Shown in pieces: positions 17,833 through 28,864 of a stretch of DNA of 64,000 bases; positions within the stretch are counted from its first letter, which is position 1; the number at the start of each line of letters is the position of its first letter. The stretch lies in assembly GCA_963723765.1 (NCBI GenBank), contig CAVRSD010000001.1, forward strand, positions 3,258-67,257, given 5' to 3'. The DNA comes from Terriglobia bacterium (GTDB taxonomy: Bacteria > Acidobacteriota > Terriglobia > Terriglobales > Acidobacteriaceae). A program made the translations under genes and the position numbers. The notes beneath the pieces are model-generated. The model worked only from the letters and a program-made list of their open reading frames with translations. It had not been told where the DNA came from and searched no databases.

Positions 17833-18404
17833 ATGCCGAAAGCCATCCAAATCCCTAATCCCATAAAACTGAAGAATCTTACCCATGTTATGCGGATTAG
17901 GGGAACTGACGTTTCAGTTCACTGGTCAGTGCTGGCCGTAGCTGCCTTTATTCTTCTTGGCGTTTTGAGACGGCCAGTGATGTCTCTGATCGGACTTACC
18001 GCCTATTTGGGTGTCCTGATGATTCACGAATGTGGTCACATGATTGTTGCCCGCCGGCTTGGATGCACCGTATCCGATATCGAGCTTTATCCGATCTTCG
18101 CAATCACGCGTTTTTCAACGCCCTGGTCCCGATTCGATCACTGCCTAATTTCCTGGGTGGAGTTCTGGCCCAAGCAGTAGTTGCCATACCTCTCGTTCTG
18201 TTCGTAGCACTATTTGGGTATACGCGGTTCGATCCGATCAATGAAATTTTCGCGATCCTGGGCTTCTTCAGTTTAGGTGTCGCCGTTTTCAACCTGCTTC
18301 CGTTCAAGCCGCTTGATGGTTCCGTTGCCTGGGGACTAATACCAGAATCTATCCGACGCGTAAGGGCAGGCCACAACAAGCACCCAAACACCTGGCGGCG
18401 GTGA
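17833..18404 (+). pseudogene. M50-family (site-2 protease-like) membrane metalloprotease, split by a 1-nt deletion
   Basis: HECGH zinc motif in frame 1. The continuation GGVLAQAVVAIPLVL...NLLPFKPLDGS is in frame 0. The junction is near 18145-18160. 572 nt plus 1 gives 191 codons. Confidence 0.65.
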
Positions 18405-18432
18405 GGGCTTATCGCCTCACCATGCTCGGCTT

Positions 18433-18457
18433 GGACAGCCGAGGCGGCTGTCCCTAC
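18433..18457 (-). repeat. REP family A copy (inverted)
   Basis: GGACAGCCGAGGCGGCTGTCCCTAC. Confidence 0.85.
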
Positions 18458-18480
18458 GCGAGTTGTGATGGTTCCGGCTG

Positions 18481-18969
18481 TTAGGCGGCACCTTTGGCAG
18501 CTTCTTTCAAATAAGCCAACACTTCTTCGGCGTGGCCTTCGGGCTTTACTTTGAGGAAGATGTGCTTGATCTTGCCGTCGGGGCCGATGATGAACGTGGT
18601 GCGGGCCACGCCCATAACTTTTTTCCCGTACATGTTCTTTTCCTGCATCACACCATAGAGATTGCAGACTTTTTTGTCGGCGTCGGCGAGCAGGGTGAAG
18701 GGTAGGCTGAATTTTTCCTCGAACTTCTTTTGCGCCGCGGAAGTATCGGGCGAAATGCCGAGGACGACGGCGTTGACCTTTTCAATTTTCTTGTGGGAAT
18801 CGCGGAACTCGCAGGATTCGATGGTGCATCCGGGAGTGTCGGCGCGAGGATAAAAATAGAGCACAACGTACTGGCCGCGATAATCTTTTAATGCGATTTC
18901 TTTGCCATCCTGGTCGGGCAAAGTGAACTCGGGGGCTTTATCATTAGTGCTGAGAGTAATGGAACCCAT
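18481..18969 (-). CDS. bcp: Thioredoxin-dependent peroxiredoxin Bcp
   Basis: YFYPRADTPGCT peroxidatic Cys motif, 162 aa. Confidence 0.9.
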   Translation of the reverse strand: MGSITLSTNDKAPEFTLPDQDGKEIALKDYRGQYVVLYFYPRADTPGCTIESCEFRDSHKKIEKVNAVVLGISPDTSAAQKKFEEKFSLPFTLLADADKKVCNLYGVMQEKNMYGKKVMGVARTTFIIGPDGKIKHIFLKVKPEGHAEEVLAYLKEAAKGAA

Positions 18970-20512
18970 GGCAGCTTCTCCTTCTAGGTTGACCGTTCAT
19001 TCATGGTTATATCGTACCGCGCGGGGTGCCGTCATCTGCGCCGGCGTGGCCTTGGCTTTGGCACAGCTGGTGGTAGCGCAGAGTTCGAGTCGGACAAAAA
19101 AACTTACCGGCCCGCGCGCATTGGGTTTGCTTGAGATCACACCGAGCGGCAAAGTCTCGCTGCTGCCGGTGGCCATTATGGTTGATGGCGAATTTTATGA
19201 CGCCAGCGCCTACAAAGCCGCTCCCGTGCCCTTTGCGCTTTATACCGATACGGTTTACGAAGGATTAAGAACGGGCGTCTCGCAGGGGCTGTTTACGGTG
19301 ACGAGCGCGCAGCAAGGAGAAAAGATCTGGCGCGGCCAAGGGAAATGGCAATCGGCAGAGTCGATTGCCGCAGCGTCGGCGCAGAAGAAGGCTTCGGCGA
19401 AAGCGGCCGAGAAACGAAAAGCCCAGGCGGACGATCGGGACGGGCCTCCGGTGTTGCATCGCCGGGGTGATGAATCGCCAGCGCCTGCGGCTTCGACGCC
19501 GACTACCTCGTCGGGAGGGGCGACCGGAGAGTCCGATGATCCGGATGGGCCACCAGTGTTGCATCGCCCGAGTACAAGTCCATCCGCGGAGCCTGTAGGT
19601 TCGGCCCCGACTGCGGCGAGCGCTTCAGCCCCAACTACCGTAACGCAGGCAGGCACCACAGTTTCCGCCTCGGCGACCCCGGCTCCCGCCCCGCAAACAC
19701 CGCCCCCGGCGGCACCGTCCGAAGCCAGTGGACCACCCGCGAACGATCCCAATCTTCCCACGCTGCGGCGCGGCAAGGCGGCAGCGATCAAGGAGGAAGC
19801 CAAAGTGGCTTCCGCTCCGGCTGGCCCTGCGGGACCAAAAACACCGGCAACAGCGACGCCGCGAAAGACGGCAGCGATCGCTATGACAGCATCGGCTACC
19901 CTGGATGGCATCGAACTGATTCCCGCAATTTCAGATGCTGCCGGGCCGGATCCGCGCCCTTATGCTTACACCATGAAGCCGGAGGAAGAAGCGAAATTCC
20001 GCGACAAGATGCTGGCGCTGGCGGCTGTCGAGGTTCGGACCCGGGCGAAGGATTTGGGCCTGGGGACGGCAGCGGCGCCGGCTTCGCAAACCAGCCATGC
20101 CGGTGCGCACACGGCACCGCATAAGCCGGTGAAAGCGACCGATCCTACTTTTGAGAATGTACAGCTCCGGGTATTTGATCTTTCCAACAACAACGAACCG
20201 GTGCTGGTGCTGACCGCCAACGCCCATCTGCCCCAGGCCAAAGGGGTTGGCGCGATAGGCGTGCAATACGTGGTGACGCTGGTGGCGCGGGAAGATATTT
20301 ACGGCGATCTGCACAAAGCGTTTTCGAATGTAACGGATACTGAGCATTTAGACGTCTTGCCGCGGTTGGAATTGATTGATGCCGTCGATGCCGACGGCGA
20401 CGGGCGTGGCGAGTTGCTCTTTCGCCAGGTTTCGGATTCGGGCAAGGCGTTTGTGCTGTATCGCGTGATTGGGGACCAGTTGTGGCCGCTGTTTCAGGGG
20501 AAGATCGGGTAG
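18968..20512 (+). CDS. Hypothetical secreted protein with a long Pro/Ala/Thr-rich low-complexity centre
   Basis: Signal-like AVICAGVALALAQLVVAQS. The start is uncertain (ATG 18968 or TTG 18989). No family is recognised. Confidence 0.55.
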   Translation: MAASPSRLTVHSWLYRTARGAVICAGVALALAQLVVAQSSSRTKKLTGPRALGLLEITPSGKVSLLPVAIMVDGEFYDASAYKAAPVPFALYTDTVYEGLRTGVSQGLFTVTSAQQGEKIWRGQGKWQSAESIAAASAQKKASAKAAEKRKAQADDRDGPPVLHRRGDESPAPAASTPTTSSGGATGESDDPDGPPVLHRPSTSPSAEPVGSAPTAASASAPTTVTQAGTTVSASATPAPAPQTPPPAAPSEASGPPANDPNLPTLRRGKAAAIKEEAKVASAPAGPAGPKTPATATPRKTAAIAMTASATLDGIELIPAISDAAGPDPRPYAYTMKPEEEAKFRDKMLALAAVEVRTRAKDLGLGTAAAPASQTSHAGAHTAPHKPVKATDPTFENVQLRVFDLSNNNEPVLVLTANAHLPQAKGVGAIGVQYVVTLVAREDIYGDLHKAFSNVTDTEHLDVLPRLELIDAVDADGDGRGELLFRQVSDSGKAFVLYRVIGDQLWPLFQGKIG

Positions 20513-20537
20513 TTGAGTCGAGCGCTGCGCTCGACCC

Positions 20538-20563
20538 GGACAGATGGGGGCATCTGTCCCTAC
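20538..20563 (-). repeat. REP family A variant (GGACAGATGGGGGCATCTGTCCCTAC)
   Basis: Same GTAGGGACAG head and stem logic with a different loop. Confidence 0.6.
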
Positions 20564-20596
20564 GAAATTCTTTCCGGCGGCTATAATTTCCGGATA

Positions 20597-22618
<2,022 letters not shown>

Positions 22619-22626
22619 TTCTGGCC

Positions 22627-22651
22627 GGACAGCCGAGGCGGCTGTCCCTAC
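22627..22651 (-). repeat. REP family A copy (inverted)
   Basis: GGACAGCCGAGGCGGCTGTCCCTAC, 9 nt after the ligA stop. Confidence 0.85.
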
Positions 22652-22668
22652 GTGAACATTGCCAAAAG

Positions 22669-22709
22669 CCCCGCCCTCTCGCACAGAGCGCGAGAAGGAC
22701 GGGGCACCC
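22669..22709 (-). repeat. REP family B copy (inverted, diverged)
   Basis: The reverse complement reads GGGTGCCCCGTCCTTCTCGCGCTCTGTGCGAGAGGGCGGGG. Confidence 0.75.
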
Positions 22710-22813
22710 ACTCGGGAATGAGCCACCCGCTTGTGTAAAGATCGACGAGACAATTTATTGACAATTCCATGACAACTGCTCTGCTGGCGGTCGCTTAGTC
22801 TCTTCGAAACCCG

Positions 22814-22840
22814 AACGCGGTTCAAAGCCGCGTTGTTTTC
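22814..22840. terminator. Stem-loop AACGCGG-TTCAAAG-CCGCGTT followed by GTTTTC (possible bidirectional terminator between ligA and the HIT gene)
   Basis: 7-bp stem with a T-rich tail on the plus strand and a weaker tail on the minus strand. Confidence 0.45.
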
Positions 22841-22863
22841 ACAGGAACGTTTTCTCCTAGCCG

Positions 22864-22916
22864 CGTCATCCTGGGCGAAGTTTGTACCCTTCCAAAACCT
22901 TCGCTTAGGATGACGA
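22864..22916. repeat. Family C-like inverted pair (CGTCATCCTGGGCGAAG ... CTTCGCTTAGGATGACG)
   Basis: 17-nt arms with 2 mismatches. The right arm contains the HIT gene stop codon. Confidence 0.6.
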
Positions 22917-23399
22917 TTTTTCTTGCAGGGCCCCTTTGATCCGCTCGTAGGTGATCTCGAGGCTTTCCGGCAGAATTCTGGTTTCCCCCACAACCGATAG
23001 GAAATTGGCGTCGGCCACCCAGCGCGGCAGGGCGTGCATGTGAATGTGTCCGGCCACTCCTGCGCCAGCGGCTTTCCCAATGTTCATGCCCAGATTGAGT
23101 CCATCCGGCTTATAGAGAGCCCGCAACACGCCTTCCATTCTCTGCGATAGCTCCATCATTTCGTGAGCAGCCGGGGTGGGCAGCTTCTGCAATTCGTCGA
23201 CATGCGCGTAAGGGACGATCATCACGTGGCCGGGCGTATAGGGATAAGTGTTGAGAATGACAAAGCAGTACTGGCCGCGGTACACGATGCGGGCTTTGGC
23301 GTCATCGCCGAGAAGAGGAAGTTCGCAGAAGATGCAGCCGGAGGTCTTGGTGGCGCCACTCACGTAGGCGTAGCGCCACGGGGTCCAGAGATAATCCAT
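22905..23399 (-). CDS. HIT-family nucleotide hydrolase/transferase
   Basis: Histidine triad GHIHMHALPRW and N-terminal WRYAYV...CIFC. Confidence 0.85.
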   Translation of the reverse strand: MDYLWTPWRYAYVSGATKTSGCIFCELPLLGDDAKARIVYRGQYCFVILNTYPYTPGHVMIVPYAHVDELQKLPTPAAHEMMELSQRMEGVLRALYKPDGLNLGMNIGKAAGAGVAGHIHMHALPRWVADANFLSVVGETRILPESLEITYERIKGALQEKSSS

Positions 23400-23673
23400 G
23401 GCAAATCAGGCTAGCAGATGGCGAGGAGTTTAGAAAATCGGAGAGAGCTGTCAGCTCTTAGCTATCAGGAAAAGGGGCTGGAGATGCTCTGAGGTGTACC
23501 ACTGCCGAATTTTTCGGGAATATGGACACGTCCGATCACGCCAGTTTCATTTCGGTAACTGTCCCAAACCGGCACTTTGGGGTTGGACTCTTGCGATCTA
23601 TTGGCAACCCACCGCATTGCACTACTCTGCGTTTGCACGATCACTCATGCCACACGATTCAGTGAGGGATTCG

Positions 23674-26439
23674 ATGATGCGAACTTCGATGACGCGAACA
23701 ATAAAACGAATATCGAGAAAGTCTTTCCCGACATCCATACGCGGTTTGGCCCTCCTGTTCGCAACATTGTTTCTGGCTGGATGCGCCTTGAGCGGCAAGT
23801 CCGGGATCACGGTTAGTCCGTCGTCAGCGAATGTGCGGGTGGGCGGAACCCAGCAATTTACCGCGAATGTTCCGGCCAGCGCGGCATCGGCGGCACCGAT
23901 GGAATCCCCAGGATCAATGCAACAAACCGCTTTGCTGCCAGTTTCGCAGGCGACTCCCAATTCCACCAGTATGACTACCAGCAGTGCGACCGTGCTCTGG
24001 TCGGTGAATGGCGTTGCGGGTGGCAATTCCACACTTGGCACGATTGATACGACCGGGCTCTACACTGCGCCTGCGGCCCTCCCCACTCCTGCTTCGGTGC
24101 AAGTGACTGCCACCAGCAGCAGCAATGCTTCCCTAACCGGAGATGCTGCGATCGGGCTGGAAAACCCGGTTCCGCTACTCACTTCAGTTTCGCCAACCGC
24201 TGTTTCCGTAGGTGCGTTCACGATTACTGCGGCTGGCAGCAAGTTCATAAAGAATGCACAAATCATGTTTGGCGGCACCGCGCTGGACACAACATTTGTT
24301 TCGTCCACCAAACTGACGGCGACCGGGACGGCCACCACGGCGGAGCTAGGCACGGTGCAGGTCACGGTCAAGAATCCGGCACCGGGCCCGGCGAATTCCA
24401 CGCCGGCGCTTAGCGTGGATGTGCAGACAGTGGATACGGTCAAGATCAAAGTGAGTCCAGCTTCGGCATCGCTGCGATCCCCGGCCACGCAACAATTCAC
24501 TGCGACCGTCACCGGAACCACGAATACGGCTGTGACCTGGACGGTCAACGGCACCGTCGGTGGGAGCGTTAATCTGGGAACAATTAGCACCACCGGCCTG
24601 TACACGGCGCCAGCAAAGCCAGACGGAGCGGTCAATCCGGTGCTGGTCAAGCCCATCAGCGTCGCCGATTCCCGCAGTTATGCGTTGGCGCCGGTGACGA
24701 TTGAAAATCCCATTCCGCTGGTGAGTTCGGTTTCTCCGAATCCCATTACGGTTGGCAACTTCACGCTGACCGTAATGGGGAGTAATTTTGTGAGTGGCGC
24801 CACGGTGGTATTTGACGGCGATTTTCTGACGACTAAGTTCGTATCGTCCACCCAACTGACCGCCACGGGCACGGCGCTCACCCAGCAAATCGGAGCGGTG
24901 CCGGTGACGGTGGAGAATCCTGATCCCGGATCGGCGAACTCCACGGCTGCGAATGTGCAGGTAAACGCGGGGACATCCGTGGTTAGTGCTACAGCGGCCG
25001 CACGTTTCCTCGAGCAATCGACCTGGGGACCCACGCAAGCATCGATCGCCCACGTGCAGCAAATCGGGTTTCAGGCATTCTTGAATGAGCAGTTCAGCGC
25101 GCCGATCTCAACCTATGCGAAACCCTCTTCCACCGACAGTCTCGCGGTAGTGCAGAAACAATTCTTCGCCAATGCAGTGAACGGCCAGGACCAGTTGCGG
25201 CAAAGAGTGTCTTCTGCGTTGTCGGAAATGTTCGTGATCTCGGGAGTCCAGATTTCCGATCCAAGTGCTTTCACGCTGTGGAACAACATGATGCAGAACG
25301 ATGCGTTTGGCAATCATGCCACTTTACTCAATGACGTCACGCTCAGCCCAGGCATGGGCAGTTATCTCAACATGGCCAACAATGATGGATGCAGTAGTTG
25401 CCGGCCCAACGAGAACTACGGACGCGAAGTGTTGCAGCTATTCACCATTGGGCTGGATGAGTTGAATCCTGACGGAAGCCTGCAGTTGGATGGTTCGGGC
25501 AATCCGATTCCAACTTACACCCAGGCGACAGTAGATGGATTCGCGGCGGTGTTTACCGGCTGGACGTATCCCACACAGCCGGGTCAGACGGCCGGATTTT
25601 ACAGTCCCGCCTACTATAGCGGGCCCATGATCGCGTTTGACTCTCATCACAATACCAGCGCGAAAACGCTGCTCAACGGCACCGTTCTACCGGCGGGAAA
25701 CAATTCCCAGACCGATCTGACCGCCGCTTTGCAGAACATCTTTAACCATCCCAACGTGGGGCCGTTCCTGGCGCAACAACTCATTGAGAAACTGGTGACC
25801 AGCAATCCCAGCGCGGATTACGTATCGCGAGTGGCGGCGGTCTTCAATGACAACGGAAGCGGCGTGCGTGGCGATCTCAAAGCTGTGGTCACTGCCATTC
25901 TGATGGATACCGAGGCACGTCGTGGCGATGATCCCACGCAAGTGCAGGCCAGCGACGGGCACTTGAAAGAACCGCTGCTGCACATCCTGAATCTGCTGCG
26001 GGCCACGAACGCGACCACCGATGGCGGCAGCAATCTTCAATACTACGCGTCGAATATGGGGCAGAACCCGTTCTATCCAGGGTCTGTCTTCAATTTTTAT
26101 CCTCCGAACTATGTGATTCAGGGAACCCAGTTGTTGGGGCCGGAATTCAAACTGCTCAACACCAGCACAACCATTGCCCGCATCAATTTTGTGAACGATC
26201 TGGTTTACGGCAATGTGGGCCCGACTACCACTATTGATCTTTCGCAATACGTGGCGCTGGCTCCGGACGTGAACAATCTGCTGGGTGCAATTTCGGCGGT
26301 GATGATGCACGGCCAGATGTCCAGCGACATGCAATCCACGCTGGTCACCACGCTTTCGGGGATTACGGACAACACCCAACGTACCCAGGCGGCGTTTTAC
26401 TTGATCGGCAGCTCATCGCAATACCAGGTCCAACACTAA
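23674..26439 (+). CDS. DUF1800-domain lipoprotein with two N-terminal Ig-like (Big_2 plus IPT/TIG-like) module pairs
   Basis: Lipobox LFLAGC. Internal duplication at 23806-24423 and 24445-24963. The C-terminal half (FLEQSTWGP...GREVLQLFTIG...FTGWTY) is DUF1800-like. The start could also be 23647 or 23689. Confidence 0.75.
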   Translation: MMRTSMTRTIKRISRKSFPTSIRGLALLFATLFLAGCALSGKSGITVSPSSANVRVGGTQQFTANVPASAASAAPMESPGSMQQTALLPVSQATPNSTSMTTSSATVLWSVNGVAGGNSTLGTIDTTGLYTAPAALPTPASVQVTATSSSNASLTGDAAIGLENPVPLLTSVSPTAVSVGAFTITAAGSKFIKNAQIMFGGTALDTTFVSSTKLTATGTATTAELGTVQVTVKNPAPGPANSTPALSVDVQTVDTVKIKVSPASASLRSPATQQFTATVTGTTNTAVTWTVNGTVGGSVNLGTISTTGLYTAPAKPDGAVNPVLVKPISVADSRSYALAPVTIENPIPLVSSVSPNPITVGNFTLTVMGSNFVSGATVVFDGDFLTTKFVSSTQLTATGTALTQQIGAVPVTVENPDPGSANSTAANVQVNAGTSVVSATAAARFLEQSTWGPTQASIAHVQQIGFQAFLNEQFSAPISTYAKPSSTDSLAVVQKQFFANAVNGQDQLRQRVSSALSEMFVISGVQISDPSAFTLWNNMMQNDAFGNHATLLNDVTLSPGMGSYLNMANNDGCSSCRPNENYGREVLQLFTIGLDELNPDGSLQLDGSGNPIPTYTQATVDGFAAVFTGWTYPTQPGQTAGFYSPAYYSGPMIAFDSHHNTSAKTLLNGTVLPAGNNSQTDLTAALQNIFNHPNVGPFLAQQLIEKLVTSNPSADYVSRVAAVFNDNGSGVRGDLKAVVTAILMDTEARRGDDPTQVQASDGHLKEPLLHILNLLRATNATTDGGSNLQYYASNMGQNPFYPGSVFNFYPPNYVIQGTQLLGPEFKLLNTSTTIARINFVNDLVYGNVGPTTTIDLSQYVALAPDVNNLLGAISAVMMHGQMSSDMQSTLVTTLSGITDNTQRTQAAFYLIGSSSQYQVQH

Positions 26440-26451
26440 GGGAGAACAGCC

Positions 26452-27804
26452 ATGAGAAAGATGTCGAGGCGAGATTTCGTCAAGCAGAGCTGCTGTAGCG
26501 CGGCGGCCGGGATGGCTGCGGCCAGTTTTGGCCGGCTGGGCCTGATGAATGCGATGGCGCAATCTTCAACCGATTACAAGGCGCTGGTGTGCATCTTCAT
26601 GTTCGGCGGCAATGATGCCAATAATCTGATCGTCCCCAACGATAGCGCCGGATATGCGAACTATGCCAGCATTCGGGCCGGGCTGGCGCTGCCGCAGAGC
26701 CAGTTGCTTTCGGTCACGCCGCCAAGTATTGGAAGTCCATTCGGATTTCACCCTAGCCTGGTGGAAGTCCAGAAATTGTTTACCAGCAAAAAACTGGCGC
26801 TCCTCACCAACGTTGGTACGCTGGTGCAGCCGACCACTCGCACTCAGTTCCTGCAAGGGCAAGGAACGCTGCCGCAGAACCTGTTTTCGCATGCTGACCA
26901 GCAAACCCAGATGCAGACGGCAGTTCAGGCAACGCTGGCAAACGCGGGATGGGGCGGACTGGTGGCGGACAAGATCCAATCTATTTACGGCGGCAACTTC
27001 CCTATCTCGATCTCTTTGGCAGGAACCAACATTTTTGTCGAAGGATTGGCATTCCGCTCCATGGAATCGAGCGGTAACCCGACGGCGCCGCTCAATGGAT
27101 TTTATGGATCCAGCCAGGACAACGCCCGTCTCTCCGCTCTGCAGAACTTGCTGACCTTCGATACCGGACTTTCTTTGATCCAATCGGCGAGTACGGTGAC
27201 TTCGAATGCTCTGAATGACAGCAAGACTCTCGCTACGGCTTTAGCTGCGAACCCGGCATTGATGACCGCCTTCCCCACTTCGAGTCTGGGGGGACAACTC
27301 AAGCAGGTAGCGCAGATTATCCAGGCCCGGGCTGCGCTGGGACTGGCGCGTCAGATCTTCTTCGTTTCCATTGGAGGCTTCGACACGCACAGTGCCCAGC
27401 TTGCGACGCAGCTTTCCCTTTTCAAAGACCTGAGCCAATCGATGAATGCTTTCTACAATGCAACCGTCGAGATTGGGGTCGCTCCGCAGGTCACGAGTTT
27501 CACCCTGTCCGATTTTGCTCGTACCTTGCAGCCAGACAGCACGGCGGGAAGCGACCATGCGTGGGGAAGTCATCACATGATCATGGGCGGCGCGGTCAAA
27601 GGCGCCGATTTCTACGGGACTTTTCCAACCCTGGCTCTAAACGGACCGGATGATGCCACCGGCCAGGGACGTTGGATCCCAACTACCTCGCTCGATCAGT
27701 ACGGGGCGACGCTGGCGCAGTGGTTCGGAGTGCAGCCGGCGGATTTGCCGTCGATTTTCCCGAATTTGGCGAATTTCACGAACCCGATTTTGCAGTTTAT
27801 TTAG
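26452..27804 (+). CDS. DUF1501-domain protein (sulfatase/alkaline-phosphatase-like fold) with Tat signal
   Basis: MSRRDFVKQS twin-arginine motif, GGFDTH and GSDHAWG. It is the canonical partner downstream of DUF1800. Confidence 0.8.
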   Translation: MRKMSRRDFVKQSCCSAAAGMAAASFGRLGLMNAMAQSSTDYKALVCIFMFGGNDANNLIVPNDSAGYANYASIRAGLALPQSQLLSVTPPSIGSPFGFHPSLVEVQKLFTSKKLALLTNVGTLVQPTTRTQFLQGQGTLPQNLFSHADQQTQMQTAVQATLANAGWGGLVADKIQSIYGGNFPISISLAGTNIFVEGLAFRSMESSGNPTAPLNGFYGSSQDNARLSALQNLLTFDTGLSLIQSASTVTSNALNDSKTLATALAANPALMTAFPTSSLGGQLKQVAQIIQARAALGLARQIFFVSIGGFDTHSAQLATQLSLFKDLSQSMNAFYNATVEIGVAPQVTSFTLSDFARTLQPDSTAGSDHAWGSHHMIMGGAVKGADFYGTFPTLALNGPDDATGQGRWIPTTSLDQYGATLAQWFGVQPADLPSIFPNLANFTNPILQFI

Positions 27805-27920
27805 GGAGTTCGGCAGAACAAATCAAGAAGACCAGGTGAAGCTGATCTCTCGCGCTGCAATATGTAAACCGGGGCTGCGGATGACCTCGTTTCCAACTGC
27901 GTAAGTTTATAAACACTCTT

Positions 27921-28586
27921 GAGGGTGCCCCGTTCAAGCTTCGCTTGAGCGGGGATTTTCGTGGAAATCAGAACGTATCGTGACAACCGGAAATATCCCT
28001 AGATGTTCTCGTTTTCGCGCTGTCCACTGGGACTCGATCTCTACCGTTCCCTCTCCGCCGTTCAGATAATGCCGGAAGCTGCTCCAGGGCCAATCTCCGG
28101 GACGTGCAACCAATCCGCGCACAACCGGATTGCGATGAATGTAGCGCAACTTCTCTACGAATTTGCGCTCACCCCATACATTGAAATCGTAGTATCGGGC
28201 CTGCCAAAATGAATCTGCCGCCCGGAGCGCCAGCTTTCGCGCGACTCCTTGTTTCAAAGACTTTATGGCCTGCTCCAGCGTACTGTGCTCGGGTTCGCTT
28301 ACCAGCAGGTGGACATGCTCGGGCATGATGACGTATCCGTAGACGCAGATTTTGTAGTGTTGTCGAACTCGTTCGAGAGCCAGTTCGAAGATCGCGCGGG
28401 AGGTTGGTGTTTGGAGATTTTGCCGCCGTTTGTAACAACTGAAAGTCAGGAAATGGAGCTGGCGGGTTTCGTGGAACCGTTTTAGTCCCCAGGGCATGGG
28501 ATGAGGGTATCTTCGGTTTGGGCTCTAGTCTGTGACATCTGGACATGGCAATCCCCGCTCAAGCGGAGCTTGAACGGGGCACCCTC
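27921..28586. mobile_element. REPtron-like unit 2: RayT gene bracketed by inverted REP hairpins
   Basis: 27921-27957 GAGGGTGCCCCGTTCAAGCTTCGCTTGAGCGGGGATT faces 28550-28586 AATCCCCGCTCAAGCGGAGCTTGAACGGGGCACCCTC. Confidence 0.75.
27934..28497 (-). CDS. REP-associated tyrosine transposase (RayT / IS200-like Y1 HUH transposase)
   Basis: HUH in VIMPEHVHLLV and the Tyr region LRYIHRNPVVRGL. 187 aa. Confidence 0.8.
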   Translation of the reverse strand: MPWGLKRFHETRQLHFLTFSCYKRRQNLQTPTSRAIFELALERVRQHYKICVYGYVIMPEHVHLLVSEPEHSTLEQAIKSLKQGVARKLALRAADSFWQARYYDFNVWGERKFVEKLRYIHRNPVVRGLVARPGDWPWSSFRHYLNGGEGTVEIESQWTARKREHLGIFPVVTIRSDFHENPRSSEA

Positions 28587-28675
28587 GAGAGTTGATATGC
28601 TCAAGGTCGGGTCCTGGCCAGAAACCGCTGTTTTGGCGGGGTTTACGGGGGGACAAAATTAGCTGTGTTTGGGGT

Positions 28676-28705
28676 TTGACACTGTTCGGAAGCGGTTGTT
28701 ATAGT
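28676..28705 (+). promoter_or_regulatory. Sigma70-like promoter TTGACA-18-TATAGT upstream of rpsA
   Basis: TTGACA at 28676-28681 and TATAGT at 28700-28705, about 160 nt before the proposed rpsA start. Confidence 0.45.
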
Positions 28706-28864
28706 CGAAGTGTTCCTTTGGACGCGGGTTATCTGTTTGGAACGTCCGACCGCTGGAATTGTCCTAGTTCGTCCGCCAGGACGGGCTCACTACAACCCAC
28801 GACTCACGCCAGCAGTCTGCGAGACAGCCCCGCTTCCGTCAAGTACACCGGAGAGGCCATAACC

